A stretch of DNA of 63,188 bases, counting the filler, from Octopus bimaculoides (Eukaryota): the NCBI RefSeq assembly GCF_001194135.2. It is 6 parts of 6 records of this genome, joined end to end, with 100 filler letters (N's around TTAATTAATTAA, not from the genome) between each part and the next. Parts side by side here need not be neighbours in the genome. Positions count along the whole stretch, not along the records: positions 1 to 15,697 come from NC_068982.1; 5 more parts are not named here. One strand, written 5' to 3'. Made by a program: the position numbers and the translations under genes. The notes below the pieces were generated by a model, which was not told the DNA's origin, made no database searches, and worked only from the letters and a program-made list of their open reading frames with translations. Below, one piece after another: positions 1 through 13,022 of this stretch (position 1 is its first letter; the number at the start of each line of letters is the position of its first letter).

Positions 1-55
<55 letters not shown>

Positions 56-387
56 TGGTGTTTTGAAGGATAGCTATGCTAAATCAACGCTGAAAGAGTC
101 ATAGGGTGTGATTTCTTTGAAATGTGGCTGCTATTTCTAACAAGCCAGACCTACCCACTCCCCTGCTCCCATTGGCTTCTTGGGACACCCTAGTTATGTG
201 ACTGTGGGCTCTAAAACCAGTCATGAAATCTCAGGTTTCACAAAGATAGAAAACGCGCCACTGATTCGCAAACAACAATGTATTATGCAATTCGATAGTG
301 ACATACATCCGCACTTATGTACGTACGTACGTACATACATACATACATACATACATACATACATACATACATACATACATACGTACA

Positions 388-810
388 TACGCTGAACTAT
401 TGAGAAAACTACAGTTACTCTACCCAGATTACAAGTTCAGGTTTATGCCTGTAATTATTTAGCCACTGGGATATTAATACACTGCCTAAATGCTAATCTT
501 GTTAAATTAGGCTTCTCAAAACCAAAAAGGAGAAAGCTGAATTGAAGACTACAGATTCAAGCCATCACTGGAACTGTAAAAATCTGTAAAATTTTCCGGA
601 AATTTATCATTAAGTATATATGAGCATGTCTAGATATGCAACTATATGCATGAAAATACAATCATAAAACAAAACATACAAATCTGCACATATACATACA
701 TCCAAAAACACCCTGTTGATGTTGTTGAAATTCCAATGAAGGAGCCTTGGATCTAGGTTAGAAACCGGCTCTTTCTCTATCGGCAAGAGATCTTGAAATA
801 AAACTGAATG
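388..810 (+). mobile_element. 5'-truncated RLE-type non-LTR retrotransposon (C-terminus plus 3'UTR), (CATA)n-flanked family
   Basis: YAELLRKLQLLYPDYKFRFMPVII*PLG ... RLQIQAITGTVKICKIF. The 3'UTR is shared with 1320-1565 and 50916-51313. Confidence 0.7.
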
Positions 811-1319
811 ACATACATACAATACATTATATATGGTGACTGTCAACTCATAAATGAGTATGACCATCACTGACAAATTATCCTATCCTAGATATTAAAG
901 ACAGTGGCTGTCAGCAATGCGCATTCTGATATTTAAAGTTCATAACAGCTTGCACAACTCCGCTAAGACTCTCACCTACAAAGCCAAGTAGTCCAGAAAC
1001 ATGCAAGAGCAAGATCTTCGGTTTCGCAATGTCACGGGTGCTATTTCGGAACTTCCTTCTCCAAGAGAGATGTTTAAACAAAGACTAGGGATCTCTCAAT
1101 CCCGGTAATTGGATGACTCCGTCCTCTGATTGACTTTGTCTTTCGTCCTGCAGGCTGTTAAACGAAAACCAAGCACCTTTGGTAAGGTTTCTAGTTTAGT
1201 AGCTGACGGCCCGACCATGCGATAGGTTGTACTGGGTTACAAGTTACCAGCAGCACTAAGAGTATCCTGACATACATACATACATACATACATACATACA
1301 TACATACATACTTACATAT

Positions 1320-1565
1320 ATACAAATCTGCGCATAAATACATATGCATACGCCTAGACATGAAAATATATACATAACGCATCCATAAAACAAACATACA
1401 AATCTGCGCATACACTAACACCAAATACTGCACACACACGCACACACATATGCACAAATACCTAGATGATGATGATAAAAGTTCTAATGAAGGAGCTTTG
1501 AATCTATGTTAGAGTCCGGCCCTTTCTTCATTGACAAGAAATACAGAAATGAAACTGATTGATAA
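1320..1565 (+). mobile_element. 3'UTR-only copy of the same RLE LINE family
   Basis: Contains caaatctgcgcata...ctaatgaaggagctttgaatctatgttagagtccggc...gaaactga, homologous to 670-810. Confidence 0.6.
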
Positions 1566-1639
1566 CATACACACATACATATATGACCAGTTCGCTGAGA
1601 AGGTAGTGCATGGGTACTTGACACCAAAGACGCAAGCTA

Positions 1640-1830
1640 TGAGGGAATAAAGTACACCCAAGATATACTTTCAGTTTCATACCTATTATTATTGGAACAA
1701 CAGGATTTGTATTAACCGGTCTGAATGGATTGTTGGTGGGAGAATGCATTTCCTTAATTTAGACATGATCACAATATCTGGAACAATAAAGATCTGCAAG
1801 ACCTTCTTAAGATTTAAAGGATGATAAACA
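1640..1830 (+). mobile_element. Diverged RLE LINE C-terminal fragment related to the 388-810 family
   Basis: PRYTFSFIPIIIGTTGFV ... TISGTIKICKTFLRF. Confidence 0.55.
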
Positions 1831-2149
1831 AAAGAAGATACTTTCCTTGACAAACTTGCTACCAAGCAGGTGGTCAGTCGTAAGTAACTCTAATTAAAAA
1901 GAGAAAAAGAAAACAAACGTACATACACACACACATACATACATACATACATACATAAGTACACATACATACACAAACGCACACACACGCACGCACACGC
2001 GCACGCACACGCGCACGCACACACATAAACACACATACAGCATATCTGAATTATAACAAAAGAATCGGTTTGCATTTTTCAACTTGAATTATAACATTTT
2101 TTTCTCTTCTGTTTCCATACCGATTATTTACTCCTCCATTGAAAACAAG

Positions 2150-2176
2150 CACGCAGCTGCCGCGGCAGCTGGTACC

Positions 2177-2208
<32 letters not shown>

Positions 2209-2242
2209 TGCTGCTGTTGCTGCTGCTGCTACTACTACTACG

Positions 2243-2294
<52 letters not shown>

Positions 2295-2295
2295 A
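2150..2295. repeat. Compound microsatellite (GCT)n-(ACT)n-(AT)n-(GT)n
   Basis: Read directly from the sequence. Confidence 0.95.
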
Positions 2296-3016
2296 TACAC
2301 ACATACATACATATATATGCATACAATAAGACAGAGATGACGAAGCACTAGTGGGTCTCCGTCGACCACGACGGTGAACATCCAGTTACTCGTCAATCGA
2401 TATCCTATTTATGAAGTTATCTTGAAATTTAACTGTAAGTGGCTGAGTATTCCGCGGCAATGTGTACCTTAATGCAGCCCGTAGGCTGAATCAGTATGAC
2501 CGGGCCGAACCTTTTTGAATTGTTGGTACAATCCAAACAGAGACAGACAGACAGACAGACAGAAATAGTGAGAGACAGGCAGGGAGGTGATAAAAAAGAG
2601 AATGGGGAATCGATGCTAGAGTTGGACTGGTAGTTGTTTAACAATTGTGAAAGTGAAGTCGGCCCAGGAAGGACTTGAACCCCGGGCATAGAAGCTGGAC
2701 GAAAATAGCAAAGCAGTTTTATGGGAAGCTCTAACAACTGCGCCAGTTCATTGCCAGTTCGTTGCCAGTTCGTTGCCAGTTCGTTGCATTGTGACGTTGT
2801 TCCTATGAAGAACACAACTCTGGACACTATCATTAACAGCTGTAACTTTAAAAGTGACATTGTGGCGAACAGCAACAGCAGCAGCAACTACAACAACAAT
2901 AGCAACAGTAACAAGATGAAGATTCACATCATCAAACATAATCACCAGCCAGAGGAAAAGTTTTTTTCTTTCAGGAATGCCTTCTGCATACAGGAAATTT
3001 AGATAAGGATAAAGAT

Positions 3017-3268
3017 CTTTCTCGAGTCATATAGCCTCGTCAAGCCGGTTCTGTTGTTTCTGTGGTATATATATTCCCCCAGTCCCACTCTCTGGATGGA
3101 ACACCAGTCCGTCGCAGAAATACTCATTTTAGCCAGCTAGGTGGACTGGAACAACGTGAAATAAAGTGTTTTGCTCAAGAAAAGAACGCATCACCAGGCG
3201 CAGGGATCGAAACCACAATCTTACGATCATGAGTACGAAACCTTAACCACTTATCCACGCGCCTCCGC
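3017..3268 (-). mobile_element. SINE family D (tRNA head, CORE-like TTGAGCAAAACACTT segment, V-domain-like CTGCGACGGACTGG..CCATCCAG)
   Basis: The reverse complement reads GCGGAGGCGCGTGGATAAGTGGTTAAG...GGTTTCGATCCC, followed by the listed motifs. Confidence 0.7.
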
Positions 3269-3642
3269 ATCACCAAAGATAATTACCAGCCAGAGGAAAA
3301 TTTTTTCCTGGAATGCCTTCTGTATAAAGGTGATATATATATTCCAGGTAGAATCAGCATGACAATATGTAACAAGGTTTTACTTTTTGAATTAAAGTTA
3401 CGATCCACTCAACGGGCTTCCGTCCATCTAGATTCACTCACAAAGTAGAGGTCCAACCGATGTTGCAGAAAGTGTCATTTGCCCAAGATGCCATGCAGCG
3501 AGGTCGTACCCGGCATGTCGTGCATAAGTTGCACCCGGCATGTCGTACGTAAGTTGCACCCGACATGTCGTGCGTAGTTGCGAATAGAACAATCTGCCGG
3601 ACTAGTACAGCTGGTCATACCGCACCTGGAAAAAAAAAAAAG

Positions 3643-4035
3643 TATTATTCTTTTATTTGTGTCAGTCATTTGACTATGGCCATGCTGGAGCACCGCCTTT
3701 AGTCGAACAAATCGACACTAGGACCTATTCTTTGTAGGCCTAGTACTTATTCTATCCGTTCCTTTTGCTGAACCGTTAAGATACGGGGATGTAAATACAC
3801 CAACATCGGTTGTCAAGCGATGGTCGGAGGACAAACACAGACACACACATACACACACACACATATATATATGACGGGCTTCTTTCAGTTTCCATCTACC
3901 AAATCCACTCACAAGGATTTGGTCGGCCCGAGGTTATAGTAGAAGACACTTGCCCAAGGTGCCACGCAGTGGGACTGAACCCGGAAACCATGTGGTTGGG
4001 AAGCAAGCTTCTCACCACACAGCCACGCCTGCGCC
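3643..4035 (-). mobile_element. SINE family A, full length (tRNA-like head, CORE-like CACCTTGGGCAAGT, internal (TA/TG)n)
   Basis: Reverse complement of GGCGCAGGCGTGGCTGTGTGGT...GGTTCAGTCCC (A/B boxes). The tail GCGGTGCTCCAGCATGGCC..GTCAAATGACTGA is shared with more than 10 copies. Confidence 0.85.
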
Positions 4036-4430
4036 TAATAAATTTTATTAGTAACTTTTAATGAGAAAAATATCATTAGTTTTAATTATTGATTATTATT
4101 ATTAAGAAGAGTAAAGGAGGCAAATCCGAGATACAAATTAATTATAAAAATGAACTGGACACATGGAGTCAGCGCTGTCTTAAGTCATAGGCAATGTAGA
4201 CTGTTGCTCGGAGGTCCTACGGGTTTAGGGACCCAATACTAATTCGTGTATAGTGCAGTTAATAAACGTATGTAGTGGGTCACGGCGTTTTAGGGGTCTC
4301 TGTGTATTGCTTTACCCGGAAGGTGTGGGTTGCAATGTGTTTAGGACATCCCTACCTGCAGTGAAGAATGAGTATGATTTTTAACCAGTACGATTTTAAT
4401 TTGTTTTTATTAATATCAATTAAACAAGTT

Positions 4431-4828
4431 GGCGCGGGCATGGCAATGTGGCTAAGAAGCTCGCTTTGCAATTACATGGTTTCGGGTTCAGTCCCACAAC
4501 GCGGCACTTTAAGCAAACGTCTGCTGCTCTCGTTCCGGCCCGACCAATACTTTGTGAGTGAATCTGGTAGACGAAAACTGTATGGAAGCCCGTCGTATAC
4601 ACACACACACACACACACATACACACACACACATATTTGTCCCCACCACCGCTTGACACCCGCTGTTGGTTCGTTTACGAGCCCGTAACTTAACGATTCA
4701 GCAAAAAAGAAAGATAGTATGAGTACCGAACTCTAAAATAATTTAAGTACTGAGATCAATTTGTTCGAATAAAACACGTCAAGGCGGTGCCCTAGCAGGA
4801 CTGCATTCCAATGACTAAAACAATTAAA
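4431..4828 (+). mobile_element. SINE family A, diverged copy
   Basis: ggcgcgggcatggcaatgtggctaagaagc...ggttcagtccc head and the family A body and tail. Confidence 0.75.
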
Positions 4829-5305
4829 TTATGTCCACTATTTTAAATAATGATAGTGCTCCCATGCAGAAAGCACTCCCGGGAAAGTTTTTCTCCAATT
4901 ACTCAATAAGTTTACCGAATCAATTAATGTTTATTACTGAAAAATCTATAATCCCTTCCGTCATTCTAGAATTTTGCAGGTACGAGTATTACGAGGGATC
5001 GTTGAAGAGGTCTAATAAGCCCCAAAACATGCACGGAGATATCACTGCATTTATCAAAAAACCAGACTCGACCTCGCCGCCGCAATATGTTTCTGCAACA
5101 TGCCCAATACAGAGCACAGTTGAGAGTGCTGCAAACAGAGTAATTTAATAGGACAATAAATAGAATAGATATCTCCGTCAGTAAGGAACCGTAAGTACAT
5201 GTCTGCCAGGTGGGGAGGAGCGGTATGAAACATTTTAGCACAGCCATTTCGGTGCCGCATATTTGACATTGCTGATTCGACGCTGAGTATCTCTCCTCCT
5301 CCAGT

Positions 5306-5685
5306 GGAGGCGCAATGGCCCAGTGGTTAGGACAGCGGACTCGCGGTCATAGGATCGCGGTTTCGATTCCCAGACTGGGCGTTGTGTTTATTGAGCGAAA
5401 ACACCTAATGCTCCACGAGGCTCCGGCAGGGGATGGTGGTGAACCCTGCTGTACTCTTTCACCACAACTTTCTCTTACTCTTACTTCTTGTTTCTGTTGT
5501 GCCTGTAATTTAAAGGGTCAGCCTTGTCACTGTGTCACGCTGAATATCCCCGAGAACAACGTTAAGGGTACACGTGTCTGTGGAGTGCTCAGCTACTTGC
5601 ACGTTAATTTCACGAGCAGGCTGTTCCGTTGATCGGATCAACAGAAACCCTCGACGTCGTAAGCGACGGAGTGCCAACAACAATC
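5306..5685 (+). mobile_element. SINE family B, tRNA(Arg-like)-derived, full length
   Basis: GGAGGCGCAATGGCCCAGTGGTTAGGACAGCGGACTCGCGGTCATAGGATCGCGGTTTCGATTCCC has Pol III A/B boxes; (CAA)n tail. Confidence 0.9.
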
Positions 5686-6361
5686 TCTCCTCCTCCTCCT
5701 CTCCCTCTCTCTCTTTTTCTCTCGATATATTCGTATGTGCATACTTCTGCGCGCGCGTGCGAATGCGTGTATGTGTTTCCCTTCAGCGCCAGCAAATATT
5801 GTCGCCAAAAAACAGAGTGACTGTCCAGTCAACCGTGCCAAATCGTCAGCATCGAAACAGCTTCACCAGATCGTCTCATTCCTTCACCTAGCTGATAAAT
5901 GTCGTGTAATCAATGAATAACTACATTAGAATATATCCCGGACAATTTCTAACTAGATATCTAATGTGGACCACTTTTGTATAATGTATAGGCTCTTATT
6001 GCTCATGTGCTGATATCATCCAACACTCAAAATCTTCTTTCCATTTGTCTTCCTATTAGATAAGTCATCATTGAAGCTATTTTACGGAGGTTTTTAAACG
6101 TTGTTTGGAGTACGCTTATTATCTTTAGAACGGATATATTCTACAGTGTAATAAATAAACAAACAAACGATGTTTTAACTGAAGTAGTGTAGCCATCCAC
6201 TTGTGTCCTGTCTAGTAATCCTCAAGATCATCGTATGCCTGTTATTGTTGTTAGTGTTGTTGGTGTAAGTTGTTGTTATTGTTGTCGTCGTCGTTGCTGC
6301 TGTTACTGCTGCTGTTGTTGTTGTTGTTGTTGTTGAGATTTTTCCAATAATTTCCAAGTAT

Positions 6362-6403
<42 letters not shown>

Positions 6404-7299
6404 CTTTTACAAGTACATTTATTGTAATGGCTGTCGTTGCCTGTCTCCATTGAAGATAACTGCACACATTTGAAATGGAAATTGAGTAAATATCACAGAA
6501 AATCTGTTTATATCAGCTTTTTCAATGTAAAAAAAAGAGGGGAGGGGTGACGAAAAGTGAAAAATATTTCGTGTTTGTATGGATATGTAAGGCTAATGTC
6601 TTTAGCGTTTACGTGTATATATGTGTGCAAGTAAATGTTCCTATCGTACATACATACATACATACATACNNNNNNNNNNNNNNNNNNNNNNNNNNNNNNN
6701 NNNNNNNNNNNNNNNNNNNNNNNNNNNNNNNNNNNNNNNNNNNNNNNNNNNNNNNNNNNNNNNNNNNNNNNNNNNNNNNNNNNNNNNNNNNNNNNNNNNN
6801 NNNNNNNNNNNNNNNNNNNNNNNNNNNNNNNNNNNNNNNNNNNNNNNNNNNNNNNNNNNNNNNNNNNNNNNNNNNNNNNNNNNNNNNNNNNNNNNNNNNN
6901 NNNNNNNNNNNNNNNNNNNNNNNNNNNNNNNNNNNNNNNNNNNNNNNNNNNNNNNNNNNNNNNNNNNNNNNNNNNNNNNNNNNNNNNNNNNNNNNNNNNN
7001 NNNNNNNNNNNNNNNNNNNNNNNNNNNNNNNNNNNNNNNNNNNNNNNNNNNNNNNNNNNNNNNNNNNNNNNNNNNNNNNNNNNNNNNNNNNNNNNNNNNN
7101 NNNNNNNNNNNNNNNNNNNNNNNNNNNNNNNNNNNNNNNNNNNNNNNNNNNNNNNNNNNNNNNNNNNNNNNNNNNNNNNNNNNNNNNNNNNNNNNNNNNN
7201 NNNNNNNNNNNNNNNNNNNNNNNNNNNNNNNNNNNNNNNNNNNNNNNNNNNNNNNNNNNNNNNNNNNNNNNNNNNNNNNNNNNNNNNNNNNNNNNNNNN

Positions 7300-7332
<33 letters not shown>

Positions 7333-8692
7333 CAGACAGACAGAGACAGAGGGAGATGTTAATAACTGACTAAAATGTATATATGTAAGTGGATGTTTCT
7401 AAGTGTAAATATCGTATGTATGTATGTATGTATGTATGTACGTATGTATGTATGTATGTATGCAAGCATACATACATACATACATACATACATACATACA
7501 TACATACATACATACATACATACGTGTAGTTCCGTAGATGCAGTACAGATATAGCTTCCATATTCTGTGTTTAAATAGAAAAAGGAAAAAACAGTGAAGG
7601 CTTATTGCAGACGGCATATATAAATGCATACAAAACATCTAATGTATAAAATACACATAAATACATATAAACACGTATAAAACATATATTACATATAAAC
7701 ACATATGAATACATATAGATATAAATACATGTAGATAAATACGAATACATAGACATATAATGTTTATAGATACATGTAAATAGATAGGAATACATGTAAA
7801 CATATAAAACTTTCATACAGTAATGGGAAAGAACCATTTGAACAGGTCAGTCATTGCTTTCTTGTAGCATCTTGATCAATAAAGACAGGAATCAATACTG
7901 ATTAGGAAAGAGGTCAATAGCAACACAGAAACCAGTTAATATGGAAATGCAGAGCTTCCCTTCATTCCTCTTCGAGCCAAACCAACATGCCACTCACGCA
8001 CAGACCTAGTACAGTTTTGCTTTGCTGTTGTTGTTGTTGCTGTTGTTGTTGTCTTCGTTGTCGTTGTTGATGTTGTTGTTGCAGTCGTGGTCGTCGTTTT
8101 TGTTGTTGTCGTCGTCGTCGTGGTGATCGTCGTTGCTGCTTTCACTTACCATTCCACTTTACAACCAGCTCACCCAGCCCCCGCAGTCAATGAGCACTGA
8201 AATTGAAGTGTAAAAGTATCTAAGAAGTAAACGTAAGTGGCTGGAATTTCAACCATGTTTCGACATACCTTCCCTTGGTGGATTAGGATCCGGTTAGCTG
8301 AAGACATCATCAGGAGGAACCACGTTTTTGTGTTTCTGTTTGTCGTCCCCAACCCGCCACTGCTTGTCAACTAGTATTGGTTTGTTTGAGTCTCCGTAAC
8401 TTAGCGGCTCGGCAAATGACAGAAAACGATACAATAAGTAGTAGACTTTAGAAAAGTACTGAGGTCGATTTATTCGGCTAAACCATTCAAGGCAGTGCCC
8501 CACTATGACCACAGTCCAATGAATGAAACAAGTAAAAAATATAAATAAAAATAAGACCGCTTCGACATTTGGAAATCATAGAGTTTAATGAAAGTAAATC
8601 AATCTTAAGTAACGTCACTGACACCCTTATAAGTTCATAAAACGAGCATAAAGCTTAACAGGTGTAATCCCTTAGTATTATTAATAGAACTT

Positions 8693-8900
8693 GAGGCAGT
8701 GAGCTGGAACAATTGTTAGCACATTTAACGGCATTTCTTCTTATTCTTTACGTTCCGCGTTCGAATTTTACCGAGGGTGACTTTGCCTTTCATCCTTTCG
8801 GAGTTGGTAAATAAGTACCAGTTAAATACTGAGTTCAATGGAATCGACTAGCCCCACCCAACCCCAAAATTTCTAGCCCTGTAGTAGAAAGGATTATTAA
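8693..8900 (+). mobile_element. SINE family C (GGTGAGCTGGCAGAA head; GCCTTTCATCCTTTCGG..ATAAGTACCAG central domain)
   Basis: The motif recurs at about 10438, 12650, 12860, 24620, 26120, 26402, 29650, 29900, 38477, 39370 and 53915. Confidence 0.75.
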
Positions 8901-10437
8901 TAAAACTCCTTCATTATGTCTTGTCCATAGGCCCCTACTTATATAGTACTTTCTAGTGGTATCTTAAGTATTTCAGAAATAGCAGCTGAGGCACACCGTT
9001 TTTTTAAAAACCTAAATATACTCAACATTAATGCGATCGTTTTCATCGTATATAAATTGTGTTCGGCTTTCTGGAGTGTAACCTGTTATTTGGACAGGTT
9101 ACTTTGAAAGTATATTTTTGCCATCACGTGTAATATCAGTAAATATGGCATGCATGCAATAATTAGAATTTAACTTTTATCAAATTTATTGGCGCTTATA
9201 CAAAATGATGAAGTTTGCTTCAGATTAGGTCATGCTGACGATTTCTAATAAGAAGGAAATGGCCGCTATACTTGATTACTAATGACTAGAAATTTTAAGA
9301 TCTTTGTAATGAGTAAGTAAAAGAAAAAAAGCACATATGTATATTCTGTGCAACTTCTTCATTGTCTAGAAGTGAATATCCCCCTAAATATAATTAGCCA
9401 CCAAGGCACACCATATGTTTGAATACTTATTACCTTAAAATGAAATTCAATGAAACAAATTTCTCCTTTGTGTATTTGCAATTAATTTGTTTGTTTTTTT
9501 AAATTTTATCTAGGTAGTCACAATCTACTACGTCGAAAACCAATTTCTGCAAAATTTCATTTAACAATTAGCATTTTTCAGAAAGTTATAAGACATTCAT
9601 CCTGTATTTCTTATGTCAATGATCTTTGTCACTCTTTAATACTCTTTCTCCTCCCCCACCTCTCTCTCTATACGATGTAAAGTGTAACTGAAGAAATCAA
9701 CCAGCAATGCCATGTTTATATAGAGAGATGTACGTTCTTTACTTTGATTATATTACTTGCATTTGTTTACATGAAAATATCGGATTTTCCCGTCGATTTA
9801 ATTTCATTTCCTTTTAGGTTTTTAAACTGCATGCTAACCGGCTTAGATAGGTTCATTGTTAAAAGAAACCACCGACTGGTTTTCTGTCGTTAAATTGCTT
9901 TGAAAATAATGTATTGAGGCCCAACCATAACAATATAATTTATTTTTGTTTTAGCATGAAAGTGTGGAATTGTCGTCAATAATTGGCATTAAAAAAATTG
10001 AAATTTTGAAAATACCTTTGTTTCGTTTTTATTCTTGTTTTAGCTTTCTCCTAAATCGTAATCTCAATGTTTTAAAACGAGGACCATCACCCATCAATGC
10101 GGAAAAGAATCGAGAAAGTTGAAAACGAAAACAAAAATTAAAGGGTCATGTAGAATTTGAAAGTCTTTTGTTTTATTTACTTTTTCTTTTTTTCAAAATT
10201 GTCGTCCCCAATGGCTGAAACAAGTAAAGGATAAAAGATAAAAGGTAAAAGATAATGGCAGCATTTTGATTGCCTTTTTCCTTTTGTAGGAGCGTCGTCG
10301 CAATATATGGCACCTCTTGGGCACTTTTTATTACTTGATGGAGCCGTTCCTTTTTCAGGTCCGATCCAGTTTAGAAATATATGGAATTACTGTTGCGTAC
10401 GCCACGAAATCGTTGTTGCTATTTAGTGTCACCAAGA

Positions 10438-10635
10438 GGACGGTGAGCTGGCAGAATCGCAAGAGCATCGAACAAAATACCTTACAGTATTTCTTTCGGC
10501 TTTAAGTTCTGAGTTCAAATTCCTTTCACCCTTCTTAGAGTCGAAAAAGAAGTTCCAGTTGCACACTGGGGTCAATATAATCGACTTGCCCCCTCCCCTG
10601 AATTTGCCGGTCTTGTACCAAAGTTTGAAACCATT
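10438..10635 (+). mobile_element. SINE family C
   Basis: cggtgagctggcagaatcg...gttctgagttcaaattcc...gggtcaatataatcgact. Confidence 0.7.
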
Positions 10636-12208
10636 GAGAGGGTATAAGATGTGTCACTAACATGTGGCATAGAACGTAAGTTCGCGCTGATTCTCATCAG
10701 CTGAAGTCACTTCACTTTCCGTTTCGCTGCAAATATTCTTAACAAACGCATGAACATCGCGGAAGGTGAAAGCTCGCTACAGGGCGAACGGGCAGCAGGA
10801 GAAATATTCAGGGGAAGAACTTCCGTCAAACGTTTCGCCCATTAGTTCCTGATATCCTAATGGAGTCGGTCCCACCTAAATCACGACTCCTAGGGACCTT
10901 TGGGTGATGTTATTTCCTTGAACTGTGGTGTAAACCGCTCATCCATGATCCACCGAAAGAACTTGTATTGTGGATCTCTTTAAATCTGGTTTTCCTCCTA
11001 CTATTCTCTGTTTAGCGGCTTGCAGTATTCTATTTCAGCTACAATTACATTTCTTATTGTCTACAGTCACAATGAGTTCATCTCGGCGTATATATTTTCC
11101 AGAGCAAATAACGTGTGGTGCATTCTTCAACTGAGAATCATAACGAAACTAGAAATTGGATCCAGTTAGGAGTGAACCTATATCTACTGTTTCATTAACC
11201 AAAGTCAACAATTGAACTTATTCAACTTGACTGATCAATAAATAGCCAGGCAAATTGATCAAACTGTTCGAACGGGCGATTTCGAATATTCAGGAATATC
11301 TAAGAGTAAAGAAGAAAGTGTTAAAGCCAATTCAACCGCCAACTAATCGAAGTAGAACTAGGTCTTTTCAGATGGAATTGGAATCTACAGATATTACCAG
11401 TTTGATGTCGTAGTTCTTCTCATTAATATAGAAGTAATTGGCTTTATTCCAACTTTGAAGGTTTTCTAGATATTATATTTCATTGGTTGAAAAATGGATT
11501 GTGATTTAGGAACAAGACCAGCAAATTTTGAACAGAGGGTACAAGTCGATACTTTCGAGCTCAGTATTTGATTGGCACTACCTTATCGAAGCAAAGTTGA
11601 TCATCGCAGGATCTGAACCTACAATGTAAATAGTCGGAACATGTAACGAAAAAGTATTCCCTCGCTCCATGCTCACGATATAAGGTGTCTGCATCTTAAA
11701 TAATAATGATTATTTCAAATTTCGATGTAAAGTCTGCAAGTTTAGGGAAGGAGGGAAGTTGATTACATTGACCTCAGTGCTCAACTGATACTTATTTTAT
11801 CNNNNNNNNNNNNNNNNNNNNNNNNNNNNNNNNNNNNNNNNNNNNNNNNNNNNNNNNNNNNNNNNNNNNNNNNNNNNNNNNNNNNNNNNNNNNNNNNNNN
11901 NNNNNNNNNNNNNNNNNNNNNNNNNNNNNNNNNNNNNNNNNNNNNNNNNNNNNNNNNNNNNNNNNNNNNNNNNNNNNNNNNNNNNNNNNNNNNNNNNNNN
12001 NNNNNNNNNNNNNNNNNNNNNNNNNNNNNNNNNNNNNNNNNNNNNNNNNNNNNNNNNNNNNNNNNNNNNNNNNNNNNNNNNNNNNNNNNNNNNNNNNNNN
12101 NNNNNNNNNNNNNNNNNNNNNNNNNNNNNNNNNNNNNNNNNNNNNNNNNNNNNNNNNNNNNNNNNNNNNNNNNNNNNNNNNNNNNNNNNNNNNNNNNNNN
12201 NNNNNNNN

Positions 12209-12394
12209 TTCAGTCATTTGACTGCGGCCATGCTGGAGCACCGCCTTTAGTCGAGCAAATCGACCCCAGGACTTATTCTTTGTAAGCCTAGTACTTATTC
12301 TATCGGTCTCTTTTTGCCGAACCGCTAAGTTACGGGGACGTAAACACACCAGCATCGGTTGTCAAGCGATGGTGGGGGGACAAACACAGACACA

Positions 12395-12444
<50 letters not shown>

Positions 12445-12465
12445 CATATATACAACGGGCTTCTA
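12209..12465 (-). mobile_element. SINE family A, partial
   Basis: cagtcatttgactgcggccatgctggagcaccgcc...gccgaaccgctaagttacggggacgtaaac. Confidence 0.85.
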
Positions 12466-12649
12466 TTTTATTTTATTATATCGGCCCAGAAAAGATGAAA
12501 GGTAAAGTTAAAATCGGTGAAATTTGAACTGAGAAAGTAAATAGTCGGAACAAATAGCATTTTTTCCAACGCTCTAAGTATTTTACAAACTTGCCGCCTT
12601 AAAAATAGCTATCGTTAAAAATAATACTAAAAATATTTCTTTCTAATTT

Positions 12650-12960
12650 TGGTATAATGTTAGTAACTTTAAGGGAGAGGTTAAATCGATTACATCAGCC
12701 CAAGTATTGACTGGTACTTTATTTTATCGACTCCGAAAAGACGAACGGTAAAGTTGACCTCAACAGATTTTGAACTTAGAACGTAAAGAGACGGTGGAAA
12801 TACTGCGAAGCATTTTGTCTGACCCTTCAATGTTTCTGGCAACGCACCGCCCCAGTTTCAAATTTTGGCACAGGGCCAGCAATTTTAGGGGGAGGGATTT
12901 AGTCGATTACATCGACTCCAGTTCTTGACTGGTACTTTATTTCAGCGACTTCTCTGGGAT
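12650..12960 (-). mobile_element. SINE family C, tandem copies
   Basis: ctggtactttattttatcgac...aaagttgacctc, repeated. Confidence 0.7.
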
Positions 12961-13022
12961 CGTTGAGTGGAGGTACATAGGAACAGCAGTTAGGCCTATG
13001 GGCACATAATGGTTCTGGATAT

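Noticed and set aside
4169-4345. Possible hAT-type MITE
   Set aside because: The terminal inverted repeat is too degenerate and there is no TSD.
4990-5300. Possible mariner 5' end (TACGAGGGATCGTTGAAGAGG)
   Set aside because: Only a loose TIR resemblance, with no partner TIR or transposase motif found.
5306-5385. tRNA-Arg gene
   Set aside because: It is a tRNA-like head that continues into a ~300-bp SINE body present in four copies, and it lacks a full acceptor stem and Pol III terminator.
5775-5900. Possible exon after ttcccttcag
   Set aside because: No donor and no recognisable protein similarity.
6547-7373. Long ORFs containing X runs (also at 19.7, 30.9, 39.5, 41.2, 55.8 and 61.3 kb)
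   Set aside because: They are artefacts of N gaps lacking stop codons.
9225-9290. Hammerhead-like CTGACGA-TTTCT-AATA-AGAAG-GAAA
   Set aside because: Core and stem II are present, but no proper stem III or NUH site aligns with the possible stem I. It is single copy and probably chance or fully decayed.
10815-10875. Minus-strand stem plus GAAACGTT resembling a PLE hammerhead
   Set aside because: The CUGANGA core is missing and there is no stem I.
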